Positions 29,640-40,073 of a stretch of DNA of 64,000 bases are shown one piece after another (the stretch's first letter is position 1; each line of letters begins with the position of its first letter). The translations under genes were made by a program, and so were the position numbers. The notes under the pieces are model-generated. The model saw nothing but the letters and a program-made list of their open reading frames with translations, did no database searches and was not told the origin of the DNA. Source of the stretch: an uncultured Anaerolineaceae bacterium (GTDB taxonomy: Bacteria; Chloroflexota; Anaerolineae; Aggregatilineales; Phototrophicaceae); the NCBI GenBank assembly GCA_964447795.1, contig CAYUTY010000010.1, forward strand, positions 33,551 through 97,550, written 5' to 3'.

Positions 29640-30149
29640 TCAGCGGCAGGGCTGAAGTGGCACATTTCTAAGATCGGCATTAATGCCCACTGGAAGCGCG
29701 TTTCCAAGATAATAGGTAAAGTCAATTTGGCCGCTCAAATAGGCGGAGGTAATTTCCGTGACGATAAAATTACCGGAATAGACACCGCCTTCGCTACCGT
29801 CCGGCCCGCGCCCGCTGATGTACAGCGGCCACACATAATTGTCGGATACGCTGAGCGTGGGATCATAGGTGCGGACTTCATCAGCGGCCAGGTCGCCAGT
29901 CAACTGGAACTGAATCAGCGCATCCTGTGTGCCGGTGTCATCAAACAGTACCGTGATGGTCTTGCCGCCGACATCGCGGGTGGCTGCGACTGCCGCGTTC
30001 GATGTTTGTTCATCACTTGCCATGATAATTTTATAGGAGATGGCCTGGGCGTTCGTCATGTCGGGTTCACAATTAAGCGGCGCGTTATACAGATTACAAC
30101 CCGCGCCCAACAGACATACTATTAAACTGATCCAGCGAATCATACTCAT
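29640..30149 (-). CDS. Hypothetical lipoprotein (paralog 2)
   Basis: Lipobox-like LGAGC; shares TGDL.A....YDP.LS..D.YVWPL.ISG.GPDGSEGG.Y with paralog 1. Confidence 0.7.
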   Translation of the reverse strand: MSMIRWISLIVCLLGAGCNLYNAPLNCEPDMTNAQAISYKIIMASDEQTSNAAVAATRDVGGKTITVLFDDTGTQDALIQFQLTGDLAADEVRTYDPTLSVSDNYVWPLYISGRGPDGSEGGVYSGNFIVTEITSAYLSGQIDFTYYLGNALPVGINADLRNVPLQPCR

Positions 30150-30290
30150 AACACTCCTTTTATAGCATCGTCATAACATGACTTTGTTGAAGCTATATTA
30201 GAAATGGAATGTTTTCATATCGTTGAGCAGACTACCCAGATCAGCAGGGATCGAAATGGTTGATGGGTAAGGGTGGAAGCGGATTAAAAA

Positions 30291-30605
30291 TCAGGGCGAA
30301 TCAGGATCGCCAGTGAGTTCGGCCAGTTCGCTGGCGTCAAGGTTGCTGCGGTTGAGGAGCAGCCCACGCCGGGCGGCTGTTTTCCAGGCCGGACGCGCTT
30401 CAAAATGGTAGACATACCGCAGCAGAGTCAGCGCATCTGGCCCGCCAATCTCCGCTACCAGATCAATGATGGCTAAGCCGCCCGCCTCGCTCACGCCTGC
30501 ATGGAAAGCATCAATGAGCGGGTTGACAGCATCCTCGTCCAATGCCAGCAGTGCCGCCCGCGCCTCGGCATCTCCGTCAGTCAGTTGTTTCAGCAAATCA
30601 TTCAA
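30291..30605 (-). CDS. Small HEAT-repeat-like protein
   Basis: AVNPLIDAF, AEIGGPDALTLL. Confidence 0.55.
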   Translation of the reverse strand: MNDLLKQLTDGDAEARAALLALDEDAVNPLIDAFHAGVSEAGGLAIIDLVAEIGGPDALTLLRYVYHFEARPAWKTAARRGLLLNRSNLDASELAELTGDPDSP

Positions 30606-30625
30606 TGGATTTCATTAACCCCCAT

Positions 30626-31615
30626 TCAATCGGCGATATGTAAAATGATGCGCCCGCGCCCATGCCCGGTTTCGCAGAGCGCATGTGCCAGCGGCGCTTG
30701 ATTCAGCGAAAATGCCTGCCGTATTGCCGGGCGAGCGTATCCGGCGTCAATCAATTCTACAATCTGACGTAAATGTGCGCTGGTCGGCAAGACCTGGTTG
30801 TGAATGGCACGGATGCCCAGTTCCTCAGCCAGCGCTGCTGGTGGTTCGCCGTACATCGAAACCAGTGTGCCGCCGCGTTTTAGCACCTGCATCGAGCGCA
30901 GCATGATGTCGCCGCCCAGGGTGTCCAGCACAAAATCGACATCCTGCACTACATCCTCAAAGCGGGTGGTCGTGTAATCAATCACATCAGCGCCGAGCGA
31001 ACGCACAAAATCGAGATTGGCCGTCGAAGCTGTCCCGATCACCTGTGCCCCCTTCCAAAGGGCGAACTGCACCGCGAACAAACCCACGCCGCCCGCCGCC
31101 CCGTGAATCAGCGCCCGCTGCCCGGCCGCTAAGCCGCCATCTTCAAACAGCGCTGTCCAGGCTGTCGTCGCACCACCGGAAAGCGCCGCCGCTTCATCAA
31201 ATGTCAGCGTCTCTGGTTTAGGAGCCAGCGGAATGACCGATGCGGAAATATTGAACAGGACTGCGCCCGGCGCAGCCATAGGCGGAGTCGACAGGACTGT
31301 TGTGTATTCGGCATAGGTGCCGTTGGGACTGCGCCCACAGATCGCTTGCCCTACCTGAAATTCGCTGACGCCTTCCCCAACCGCTTCGATAATACCCGCG
31401 AAAGCCGTGCCGGGTGTATACGGGAATGATTTTGGCATCACGCCGGGAAAAAGCCCCTGCCGTACCGCGCATTCCATCGGCAACACACCAGCAGCATGAA
31501 CTCGCACCAGCAGTTCCCCTTCGCCTGGTTCAGGGCGCGGCACTTCTTCAACAATGAGCTGCTCTGGCCCACCGTACTGATGCACCCGCACCGCTCGCAT
31601 GGTTTGACCTGTCAT
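30626..31615 (-). CDS. NADP-dependent oxidoreductase (MDR / quinone reductase-like)
   Basis: MRAVRVHQYGGPEQL; LIHGAAGGVG; GRGRIIL. Confidence 0.9.
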   Translation of the reverse strand: MTGQTMRAVRVHQYGGPEQLIVEEVPRPEPGEGELLVRVHAAGVLPMECAVRQGLFPGVMPKSFPYTPGTAFAGIIEAVGEGVSEFQVGQAICGRSPNGTYAEYTTVLSTPPMAAPGAVLFNISASVIPLAPKPETLTFDEAAALSGGATTAWTALFEDGGLAAGQRALIHGAAGGVGLFAVQFALWKGAQVIGTASTANLDFVRSLGADVIDYTTTRFEDVVQDVDFVLDTLGGDIMLRSMQVLKRGGTLVSMYGEPPAALAEELGIRAIHNQVLPTSAHLRQIVELIDAGYARPAIRQAFSLNQAPLAHALCETGHGRGRIILHIAD

Positions 31616-31721
31616 CCGAGAAGTCTCCGTTTATAGCGATGTCACCAGCCTAACGGAAACCCTGCTCCACTTCACACGGCAAAAGGGCAGACTGCATCCT
31701 GTACCTTCGTCCAGCCGAATC

Positions 31722-31749
31722 AAAAACGCCCGCTGATACAGGGGCGTTC
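31722..31749 (-). terminator. Intrinsic terminator
   Basis: AACGCCC...GGGCGTT stem followed by a T-run on the minus strand. Confidence 0.55.
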
Positions 31750-31781
31750 TGATGTAACCTGCGAAATAGTCCGGGGTTGGG

Positions 31782-33038
31782 CTACCCCGGCAGGGTTTCA
31801 CCAGTGTTCAACCGGTCAAATTCCTGCTGCGCCCGGTATAGGTAATCGAGCATGTCCAGCTTGGTCGCGCCGCGCTGTGCTGTCAGAATACCCTGCTCCA
31901 GTGTTTTGCGGAAAAAATCCAGCGCCTGCTGTAACTGTTGATTGCGCCGTTCCAGGTTGTCGTAAACCTTTGTCAGCGCTTCTTCCGCCAGCATCCGTTC
32001 GGTGATGTCCGTCGCTACGCCGATCACACCCTGTATTTTGCCATCACTTCCACGAATTGGGGTGTAGCGCATATCGAAAACTGAGGTTTCAGCCTGTACG
32101 ATGGAGGTGAATTCTTCACCACGCAGTGCCGCTTTCATTTCGTCCACAAGCTGGGGGATAGCCTGGTAAACCTCATTGAAAGCCTTACCCAGTCCTTTTT
32201 CCGCGTTGATGTCCAGCAGGCGCAGACCCCGGCCTTCCAGCAGGGCAATTTTGCCATCCTGGTCAACGGCCCACAGCAAAATCGGCGCACTGTTAATGAC
32301 AGTGCGGAGGCGTTCTTCGCTTTCGCGCCGGGATTGATCGGCTTTCTCGCGCTCGGCGACACCACGATCAATCTGTTGCGCTGCCCGGCGAATGATGAAA
32401 AATAGCCCAACATACAGCGCCAGCAGCACGGCGATCACCATCAGTGTCACATTGCGCTGGGTTACTTCCACCCGTGCCAGCAGCGGTGTTACATCGTCAT
32501 AAACCTCGAAGACGCCTTCCACCGGCGTTTCTGCGCCTCCTGGTTGAATGGGAACATAACTGGAAATCACATCGCGGTCTTCAATCACGTTTTCAAAGGC
32601 GCTGAAGGTATCGCGATGTGTCAGTTCCGTCGCTGCCTGTCCCCCGCGTGCAGAGAGGAAACCAGCGTTACCACTTTTATCCTCGCCAATCTGCTTCGCC
32701 TCGCTTGAAAAAACCGTCAGCCCGTTCAGATCGTAAACTTTCACTTTCACGACTGACAGACCAGCCATTTGGCGGAGGACAGCCTCGCGCAGTCGTTCGC
32801 TGTCCGGGCTGGCACGCAGATCATCCGCGCTCAGGCTTCCCGCTTCCGATACGAAATCCGCGAACTCCGGCCAGAGCGAATTGGCAAACGCCTGCGTGAG
32901 TGCCACATTTTTGCTTTCGCCGACAGCCAGCAAGTCACTGATGGCCGCCTGACGAGACAGGTAGCTCAAAACAGCGACGACCAGAGCAAAGGCGACCAGG
33001 CTGCTGATTGAAAAGTAGCGGACAAGGCGAAACTTCAT
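31782..33038 (-). CDS. Membrane sensor: 2 TM + extracytoplasmic domain + PAS, no recognisable kinase or cyclase domain
   Basis: TM near residues 10-27 and 197-217; ESEERLRTVINSAP...IGVATDITER (PAS/PAC); short helical C-terminus. Confidence 0.8.
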   Translation of the reverse strand: MKFRLVRYFSISSLVAFALVVAVLSYLSRQAAISDLLAVGESKNVALTQAFANSLWPEFADFVSEAGSLSADDLRASPDSERLREAVLRQMAGLSVVKVKVYDLNGLTVFSSEAKQIGEDKSGNAGFLSARGGQAATELTHRDTFSAFENVIEDRDVISSYVPIQPGGAETPVEGVFEVYDDVTPLLARVEVTQRNVTLMVIAVLLALYVGLFFIIRRAAQQIDRGVAEREKADQSRRESEERLRTVINSAPILLWAVDQDGKIALLEGRGLRLLDINAEKGLGKAFNEVYQAIPQLVDEMKAALRGEEFTSIVQAETSVFDMRYTPIRGSDGKIQGVIGVATDITERMLAEEALTKVYDNLERRNQQLQQALDFFRKTLEQGILTAQRGATKLDMLDYLYRAQQEFDRLNTGETLPG

Positions 33039-33206
33039 GAAGAACTCCGAAGTCAGACAGATTATCCAATAATAGTATACAACATTTTACATTTTCTCTT
33101 GTTTGTTGAATTACGAAAATAGGATGAAAGTTTCATTCATGGTTGTTTGAATCAAAAACGCCGAACTCTGTCCGTCCGGCGTTTCATTTACCAACTCGCA
33201 ACCTGC

Positions 33207-34688
33207 TTAGTCGCCTGCTACCCGGTCAGGCACGATCACGGGCGTAATCGAGGGTATGTCGGCTGCTGGTATTGCCATTTTTGCCCGCGCTGTGTCAATC
33301 GCGTCGAGCATCTCCGCCACGCGGAAGAATTTGCGCCGGGGCGCGCCTCGCTCCTCCCCGCGCTCCACTTCCAGACGGTCAAGCACCAGCCAGTCGGCAT
33401 ATGTTACCCAGCGCACATTCCTGGCACGCAGCATTTCATCTACAGCAGTGCGTTTAGGCGCGGTGGGAGCAAACAACTTGTCAGCAGCGGCATCTTCCAG
33501 CAGCATTTCGACGGTTTCTACTGAGTCCGGCTTGTTCGTGCCAATCACGCCGCTCGGCCCGCGTTTGATCCAGCCGACGACATAGGTGCCAGTCACCTGT
33601 TCGCCATCCCGGATAGCCGTGGTGACGCGGCCTTTGTCGTTGGGGATTGTTCCCCATCTCTCATAGAATGGCACGCCATCCAGTGGTACTCCCTGGTAGC
33701 CAACCGAGCGGAATACCATCCCAACCGGGATCGTCTCATATTCGTCAGTCGGTCTGGCTTTCAGGCTGCCTTTTTCGTCTGGCACCAGTTCGTTTTTGAC
33801 GATTTTGATCGCTTCCACTTTGTCCGTGCCGATGATTTCCGTCGGCGAGACAAGGAAACGCATGATGATCTTTTTGGGTTTGTCCGTCGCGCCCTGATTG
33901 GCATATCCCTTCAGAATCTCGACATTTTTGACGGCGGTTTTATCGCTGCCCCCATCGACAAATGCCTGACTATGGGGGTCGAGATGGGCTTCTTCGGGCG
34001 TGACGATCACATCAGCATCGCTCAGTTCGCCCAGTTCCTTGATTTCCGGGTTGGTGAAGGCTGCCTGCGCCGGGCCGCGCCGTCCCAGGACATAGATATT
34101 CCTGACGTTACTGTTTCGCAGGGCGTCCAGCGCGTAATCGGCGATGTCCGTTTCGGCCAGTTCTTCCGGTGTGCTGGCGAGAATGCGAATCACATCCATC
34201 GCCACATTACCCAGGCCGACGACGGCCACATTTTCTGCTGACAGGTCAAACTGAAAATCGGCGTAATCAGGATGTGCGTTGTACCAGGCCACAAATTCGG
34301 TTGCCGGATAGCTGCCGGGCAGGTCTTCACCGGGAATGTCCATGCGTTTGTCTGTCTGCGCCCCGACAGCGAAAATCACAGCGTGGTAATGCTGCTTCAG
34401 GTCGTCGAGCGTGATGTCCGTCCCAAACTCAACATTCCCGAAAAAGCGAAAGTTCACGTTGGAGGCAGTTTTGTCGTAGACTTTCGTTACCGACTTGATT
34501 TTCTGGTGGTCGGGGGCGACACCGCCGCGCACCAGGCCGAAGGGTGTCGGCAGGCGCTCGAACATATCAACTTCGGCCACCAGCTCTTTCTGTTTGAGCA
34601 GGTGTTCGGCGGCATAAAAACCGGATGGCCCTGAACCGATGATTGCCACCCGGAGCGGAATAGATGCGGTTCCAATTTGCGCGGTCAT
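33207..34688 (-). CDS. fprA: Ferredoxin-NADP+ reductase, adrenodoxin reductase/FprA type
   Basis: IIGSGPSGFYAA, PFGLVRGGVAPDH, GLGNVAMD, GRRGPAQAAFT, GWIKRGPSGVIGTNK. Confidence 0.9.
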   Translation of the reverse strand: MTAQIGTASIPLRVAIIGSGPSGFYAAEHLLKQKELVAEVDMFERLPTPFGLVRGGVAPDHQKIKSVTKVYDKTASNVNFRFFGNVEFGTDITLDDLKQHYHAVIFAVGAQTDKRMDIPGEDLPGSYPATEFVAWYNAHPDYADFQFDLSAENVAVVGLGNVAMDVIRILASTPEELAETDIADYALDALRNSNVRNIYVLGRRGPAQAAFTNPEIKELGELSDADVIVTPEEAHLDPHSQAFVDGGSDKTAVKNVEILKGYANQGATDKPKKIIMRFLVSPTEIIGTDKVEAIKIVKNELVPDEKGSLKARPTDEYETIPVGMVFRSVGYQGVPLDGVPFYERWGTIPNDKGRVTTAIRDGEQVTGTYVVGWIKRGPSGVIGTNKPDSVETVEMLLEDAAADKLFAPTAPKRTAVDEMLRARNVRWVTYADWLVLDRLEVERGEERGAPRRKFFRVAEMLDAIDTARAKMAIPAADIPSITPVIVPDRVAGD

Positions 34689-34711
34689 AGAGGTCTGAAA
34701 ACCCCCTCATC

Positions 34712-34741
34712 TAGTGCGACAATTCACAAAATATTATAACA
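34712..34741 (-). promoter_or_regulatory. Extended -10 promoter (TGtTATAAT) with an adjacent Rex-like operator
   Basis: TAGTGCGACAATTCACAA (34712-34729) versus Rex consensus TTGTGAAnnnnTTCACAA; -10 at 34738-34733. Confidence 0.5.
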
Positions 34742-35048
34742 CCACCTGCCTTGCACGGACATAATGATTTGCTAAAAAGAAAAGTTTAAATTTCCCAGTC
34801 TTCCAGCTTTAATCCCGCCATGCGGTGGCACAGTGTCCTGACCTGTGTTCAGGTTTACCTGTTTTTTTCGAGTCGATGCTATTTGGCTTGTGCGTATATC
34901 AGCCGTAGTGTCCGCGTCATTTTTGCGTAGCCCGCCCGTATCCCACCCGTGACAGCGGCGTATGCTGACCGTCCAGCCCGATGCAGGCTGGCTGTCGTAC
35001 CCTATAGACAAATCGGACAGCCAATCATCTATCAGGGGATAAAACACC

Positions 35049-35393
35049 ATGCGACGCTCAGTTATCATCATGCTGTTGATTGTAATCGCCGTTTTCGCTG
35101 CTCTGCCGCTGACCACGTTTGCCGCGGAAGCAGCACCACTCACAACCTGTCCACATACCAGCGGGCGTTACTATCTGCCGAACGTAGCCGTCACCCTGCG
35201 CGATGGACAGTTGATGCTGGTTGATCTGGCTTCGCGGACAGCGCGAACGCTGGAAGGCGAAATCAGCGCTGCGGGTAATATTTACTGGGGACAAAGCTGC
35301 CGTTTCGTCGTCAGCCTCAATGCCGAAACCGGGCGCGTTGTCAGTGTCTATGATGCACTCACCGCCGCACCCCTCCTCGTCGCCGGGCGTTAA
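35049..35393 (+). CDS. Small secreted hypothetical protein
   Basis: Signal peptide MRRSVIIMLLIV...TFA; followed by a hairpin at 35408-35446. Confidence 0.65.
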   Translation: MRRSVIIMLLIVIAVFAALPLTTFAAEAAPLTTCPHTSGRYYLPNVAVTLRDGQLMLVDLASRTARTLEGEISAAGNIYWGQSCRFVVSLNAETGRVVSVYDALTAAPLLVAGR

Positions 35394-35546
35394 GTAAACT
35401 TACCTATCGATCACCATCATCTCAAGTTCAGGGATGATGGTGATCGTTGCTGCTGGCAAACTGTTGAATGGCAGTCCATTTGGCAAACACTCGTGCCGAT
35501 TTTATACTGTCGGGCAAATGGTTCATATTCGTTAGAAAGAGTCATC

Positions 35547-37055
35547 ATGCGGATTGGCCTGATTCCGCTCGACGAACGCCCGGTCAACACCCGTTACCCG
35601 GCCATGATCGCCCACATCGCCGGGGTGGAACTGCTCCAACCGCCTGCGAACCTCCTGAGTAAGCGCCGCCAGTCAGCCGATTGTGAAGCGCTGGCGAACT
35701 GGCTGCATGACGCAGCAGATGGACTGGATGCGCTCATCATCTCCATTGAAACTCTCGCTTATGGCGGACTGGTCGCCTCGCGTACCACTGACGAACCAGC
35801 AGGAACGATCATTGCTCGCCTGGAAACGCTGCGGCAGATCAAACTGGCATATCCAGCGCTGCTGCTCTACGGCTTCAACGTCATCATGCGAACCTCGCGT
35901 TCTGATGACAATTTTGAAGAACCGGTGTACTGGAATCCCTACGGCGCGCGTTTTTACCGCTTCTCCACCTTGCTTGACCGGCAGCTTCAGGGCGAAGATG
36001 TGACGGCGGAACTCGATGCGCTGCGGGCGGAACTGCCGCCGGAATATCAGCATGATTTTCTTCAGCGGCGGCTGCGAAATCATATTGTCAATCTGACGGT
36101 GCTGGAAATGGCAAGCAGCGGTGTTTTCGATCTGCTTGTCGTCAGCTCCGATGACACCAGTCCTTATGGACTCGGCTCACGGGAGAAACGCTGGCTGAGC
36201 GAACAGGCGGCTCTCATCCTCCCGGATGATTCCCGTTTGCTCCTCTATCCCGGCGCGGATGAGGTGGGCAGCGCTTTACTGGCGCGGGCTGTTAACCAGC
36301 TTAGTGGCGCAGCGCCAGCTTTTGCCGTACGATACAGCATCCCCGGTGATGAGGACGTAACCGCGCCCTTCGAGGATGGCCCGGTAAAACGCACCGTTGA
36401 GCGGCAGGTGAGGGCTGTTGGCGGCGTACTTGTCGATGATCTCAATGCGGCGGATTTTATCGTCGCCGTCAATACACCTTCGCGCCAGTACCCGGTTGAA
36501 TGGCCCGACCCTGCCGCGATTGAAGCCGGTTTCGCCCACCGTCAGGCGCATCTCCAACCCTTCACACAGCAAATCGCCGGTTGGGTAGATGCCGGAAAAC
36601 AGGTGATTGTGGCCGACGTGGCCTATCCCAATGGCGCTGACCCGGTACTGGTTGACTTGCTGCGAGAGCATGTCCCCCTGGCGAAGCTGGCGGCTTACGG
36701 TGCATGGAACACAGCGGGCAATACGATTGGCGTGGCGCTGGCGCAGGGTATTGCGGCGGCGAAAGATTTGAATCGAAAAGCGCAGGTGCAGTTTCTCGTT
36801 CATCGTTTCGTTGAGGATTGGGGCTATCAGTACGCCGTCCGCCGCGAAACAACAGACTGGCTGCATGATCGGGGCGAAGGAGATCGCCTCACAGTAGAGA
36901 ATCTGGCAGAGACTGCTGCCCGCATCGAAACTGGCCTGAACGAACGGCTGGCACTGCTGCCGGGATTAAGCGAGGGATGGCGCGTTGTGCCGGGCAGTGT
37001 TCGCCTGCCCTGGTCTCGTTTATTTGAAGTTGATTTTGATCTGGAAAAAAGCTAG
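35547..37055 (+). CDS. DUF4127 family protein
   Basis: IPLDERPVN, YGGLVASR, YPGADEVG, YGAWNTAGNTIG, LPWSRLFEV. Confidence 0.85.
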   Translation: MRIGLIPLDERPVNTRYPAMIAHIAGVELLQPPANLLSKRRQSADCEALANWLHDAADGLDALIISIETLAYGGLVASRTTDEPAGTIIARLETLRQIKLAYPALLLYGFNVIMRTSRSDDNFEEPVYWNPYGARFYRFSTLLDRQLQGEDVTAELDALRAELPPEYQHDFLQRRLRNHIVNLTVLEMASSGVFDLLVVSSDDTSPYGLGSREKRWLSEQAALILPDDSRLLLYPGADEVGSALLARAVNQLSGAAPAFAVRYSIPGDEDVTAPFEDGPVKRTVERQVRAVGGVLVDDLNAADFIVAVNTPSRQYPVEWPDPAAIEAGFAHRQAHLQPFTQQIAGWVDAGKQVIVADVAYPNGADPVLVDLLREHVPLAKLAAYGAWNTAGNTIGVALAQGIAAAKDLNRKAQVQFLVHRFVEDWGYQYAVRRETTDWLHDRGEGDRLTVENLAETAARIETGLNERLALLPGLSEGWRVVPGSVRLPWSRLFEVDFDLEKS

Positions 37056-37057
37056 TC

Positions 37058-37996
37058 ATGTCTCACCATGTCATCGGCGTGGATATTGGCGGGACGAAAA
37101 TCGCGGCGGCAGTTGTTGCCCCGAATGGAGCGCTGGCAAGCGAGGTGAGCAGTATTCTCACCCCTGTGCGTGAGGGGCCAGAAGCGATTGTCGATACTGT
37201 GATTGGCCTGTGTCATCAGTTGATACAGCGCTATCCTGAAACCATCCACGCCATTGGCATTGGCACTGCTGGTCAGGTCGATTTCGCGCGTGGGGTTATT
37301 ACCTATGCGGTTGACACCCTGCCCGGTTGGGCCGGGACGCCGCTGCGAGAGCGAGTGCGAACCGCATTGGGGCTGCCCGTCGTAATCGACAATGATGTCA
37401 ACGCGATGGCAGCGGGCGAGGCGCAGTTCGGCGCGGGGCAAGGCTATGAGTCGGCCTTGTTCGTCACTGTTGGTACGGGCGTTGGTGGCGCGTTGATCGT
37501 GAATGGACGACTCTGGCGCGGGGCAAATGGTTCGGCAGGCGAGATCGGGCATATCGTAGTCGATTGGCGCGGTATGAGGATGTGCAACTGCGGCCAGGCC
37601 GGGCATCTGGAAGCCTATGCCGCCGGGCCAGCCATCGCCCGCCATTATTGCGAACTGGCGGGTATTCCGGCGCACGATGATCTGCGTGAAGTGGCGCAGT
37701 TGGCCGCAAATGGTGATGCGCTGGCGCGGAAAGCTGTGATAGAAGGGGCGCAGATATTAGGCGCAGGCCTGGCTGGTTTACTCAATATTTTGGATGTGCA
37801 GGCGCTCATCATCGGCGGCGGTGTGCCGGAAATTGGCGACCTGTGGTGGAATGCTTTTGAAGCCGCAGTCAGAGCAAATCCGCTCCCCTGCCCGCAGCGT
37901 GTTCATCTACGGCGGGCGCAGCTTGGCGTCAGTGCGACGCTCATTGGCGCGGCCTGGGAAGCATTCGACAGCCTGCGAGGAGATGGCGATGCGTGA
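37058..37996 (+). CDS. ROK family sugar kinase (ManNAc/glucokinase-like)
   Basis: [36 protein letters not shown]. Confidence 0.92.
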   Translation: MSHHVIGVDIGGTKIAAAVVAPNGALASEVSSILTPVREGPEAIVDTVIGLCHQLIQRYPETIHAIGIGTAGQVDFARGVITYAVDTLPGWAGTPLRERVRTALGLPVVIDNDVNAMAAGEAQFGAGQGYESALFVTVGTGVGGALIVNGRLWRGANGSAGEIGHIVVDWRGMRMCNCGQAGHLEAYAAGPAIARHYCELAGIPAHDDLREVAQLAANGDALARKAVIEGAQILGAGLAGLLNILDVQALIIGGGVPEIGDLWWNAFEAAVRANPLPCPQRVHLRRAQLGVSATLIGAAWEAFDSLRGDGDA

Positions 37997-38675
37997 GCAG
38001 TTGTTGGCCGATTTTCTGGAAAAAGTGTGCGGCAGGCTGATCGTGTCCTGTCAGGCGCTTGAAGATGAACCCCTGCACGGCGCGGCGATTATGGCGCGGA
38101 TGGCACTGGCGGCCTGGCAGGGCGGCGCGGCGGCTATTCGTGCTAACGGCCCGGACGATATTCGCGCCATCCGGGAAATGGTGCCGCTGCCGATCATCGG
38201 CATCTACAAGGATGGCGATGAAGGCGTTTACATCACGCCCACCTTCCGCCATGCACAGTCAGTGAGCGAGGCAGGTGCGACCCTCATCGCGCTCGACGCG
38301 ACAGACAGAGCGCGACCGGACGGCAGTACGTTAGCGGATTTAATCGCCGCCATTCACAACCAACTGGATAAGCCGGCCATGGCTGACATTTCCACGCCTG
38401 AAGAAGCCTTCGCCGCCGAAGCCGCTGGCGCAGACTGTATCTCGACCACGCTTTCCGGCTACACACCCTACAGCCCACAGCTTGATGGGCCGGATTTTGC
38501 CCTGTTGGAAGCCCTGCGCGGCAAACTGCGAAATCCGCTGATTGCTGAAGGGCGTATTCATACCCCGGAGCAGGCGCGAATGGCGCTGCAATATGGCGCG
38601 TTTGCCGTCGTCGTCGGCGGGGCGATCACCCGCCCACAGCAGATCACCGCCCGTTTCGTCCAGGCTATGGGCTAG
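37989..38675 (+). CDS. nanE: N-acetylmannosamine-6-phosphate 2-epimerase
   Basis: [41 protein letters not shown]. Confidence 0.93.
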   Translation: MREQLLADFLEKVCGRLIVSCQALEDEPLHGAAIMARMALAAWQGGAAAIRANGPDDIRAIREMVPLPIIGIYKDGDEGVYITPTFRHAQSVSEAGATLIALDATDRARPDGSTLADLIAAIHNQLDKPAMADISTPEEAFAAEAAGADCISTTLSGYTPYSPQLDGPDFALLEALRGKLRNPLIAEGRIHTPEQARMALQYGAFAVVVGGAITRPQQITARFVQAMG

Positions 38676-38695
38676 TGGGTTGGTAGGCTTTGGTT

Positions 38696-39928
38696 TTACC
38701 CTCGCAGCGGCAGCACCAAGTCCTTCGGGAAGTCGGTGATCGACACCAGCGCACCCGACTCATCAATCAGGAATGAGTCTTCGATACGCATTCCGATGCC
38801 TTTTTCCGGGTAATACAATCCCGGCTCAATTGTCAGGAAGTTGCCCTTCTGGAAAATGTCGGTTTTGTTCAGATGATGGATGGACGGGCGCTCATGGATA
38901 TTCAGCCCTACGCCATGCCCCAGACTGTGAACATAACCCTCGGTTGTGCCAGGTTTGCTGCGCGGCGTCGGGTGGCCCTGTCCCTCGAAATAATCCAGCA
39001 CCGCGTCCTGCATGGTATGGGAAGGCTGGCCGGGTTCGGCGTAGCTGTTCAGCGCCACCTGGAAGGCTTCCATCACGGTGTCATAAATCGCCTGCACCTC
39101 ATCTGTCGCGTAGCCAATTGACCAGGTGCGGGTGCAGTCGTGAAAATAGCCGCCACCCAGCTCACGCGGGAACAGATCAAAGACGATGGGCTGGCCGAGT
39201 TGCAGCGCCATGCTGCTTTCCCCCCGGCTGTGCGGGAATGCGCCATCCCGTCCCTGAGCGAAGATCATGCTGGTATCTTCCAGTTCATGATCGAGCAGTG
39301 CCCGCCGCACAAAGCGTTTGACATCGCCAATCGTCAGTGGCGACCCATCCGCTTTGACCACCGTTTCCCCTTCCGCGCGATGCCCGGCGATGAAATCCCA
39401 GGTTTCCTGCAAAACGGCGCTTGTCCCCGCCGCCACCTGTCTGATACGGGCGATTTCTTCCGGCTCTTTGGTGATATAGGCTTCGTCAAAGAGGGTCATG
39501 CCCATCTCGCCGACGAATTCATAAGTGGTATATTCAGTTTTCAGACGTGCCGTCAGTTCCAGATAGCTGTTCAGACTCCCGACGCCGTACAAACCAATGC
39601 GCCCCGTTGGAACCTCCAGCCGCTCCAGCGCCGCGCCCCAGAAGGCAACCGTTGCTTTGGCTGTATCGCCTTCCACCTGCTTGAGGATTTCGGCATAATT
39701 CAGATCATAGTAAGACAGCACCTGCAAACCGCTTTTAGCCGCTTCTTCCGTCTCCATGGCGTTGACGATCAAAACCGGTTCGCTCCCACGCTTTTTGATG
39801 ACCAGTCCGCCGGTGATATGGGCGCCGTTGGTCAGGTAATCACGCGGGGGATTATTTTCGGCATCGCCCGTGACGACAATCGCCTGTAAATCGCGCCCGG
39901 CCATCAGGCGGTCAAGATCAGATTTCAT
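38696..39928 (-). CDS. M24 family (Xaa-Pro) peptidase
   Basis: YFHDCTRT, HSLGHGVGLNIHERP, TIEPGLY, GMRIED. Confidence 0.92.
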   Translation of the reverse strand: MKSDLDRLMAGRDLQAIVVTGDAENNPPRDYLTNGAHITGGLVIKKRGSEPVLIVNAMETEEAAKSGLQVLSYYDLNYAEILKQVEGDTAKATVAFWGAALERLEVPTGRIGLYGVGSLNSYLELTARLKTEYTTYEFVGEMGMTLFDEAYITKEPEEIARIRQVAAGTSAVLQETWDFIAGHRAEGETVVKADGSPLTIGDVKRFVRRALLDHELEDTSMIFAQGRDGAFPHSRGESSMALQLGQPIVFDLFPRELGGGYFHDCTRTWSIGYATDEVQAIYDTVMEAFQVALNSYAEPGQPSHTMQDAVLDYFEGQGHPTPRSKPGTTEGYVHSLGHGVGLNIHERPSIHHLNKTDIFQKGNFLTIEPGLYYPEKGIGMRIEDSFLIDESGALVSITDFPKDLVLPLRG

Positions 39929-40073
39929 AGCGCCCTCTTTCAGAACAATAACCTGGTTGGATGCCGGGAAAAGATACCCCACCCATTCTAACGGCACAAT
40001 GTCCAATGACGGAGGTCAATCGTCGGGAACCGATTGCGCCGGGCGGTGTATAGTTTGCAAAAAGGAGGGCGTC

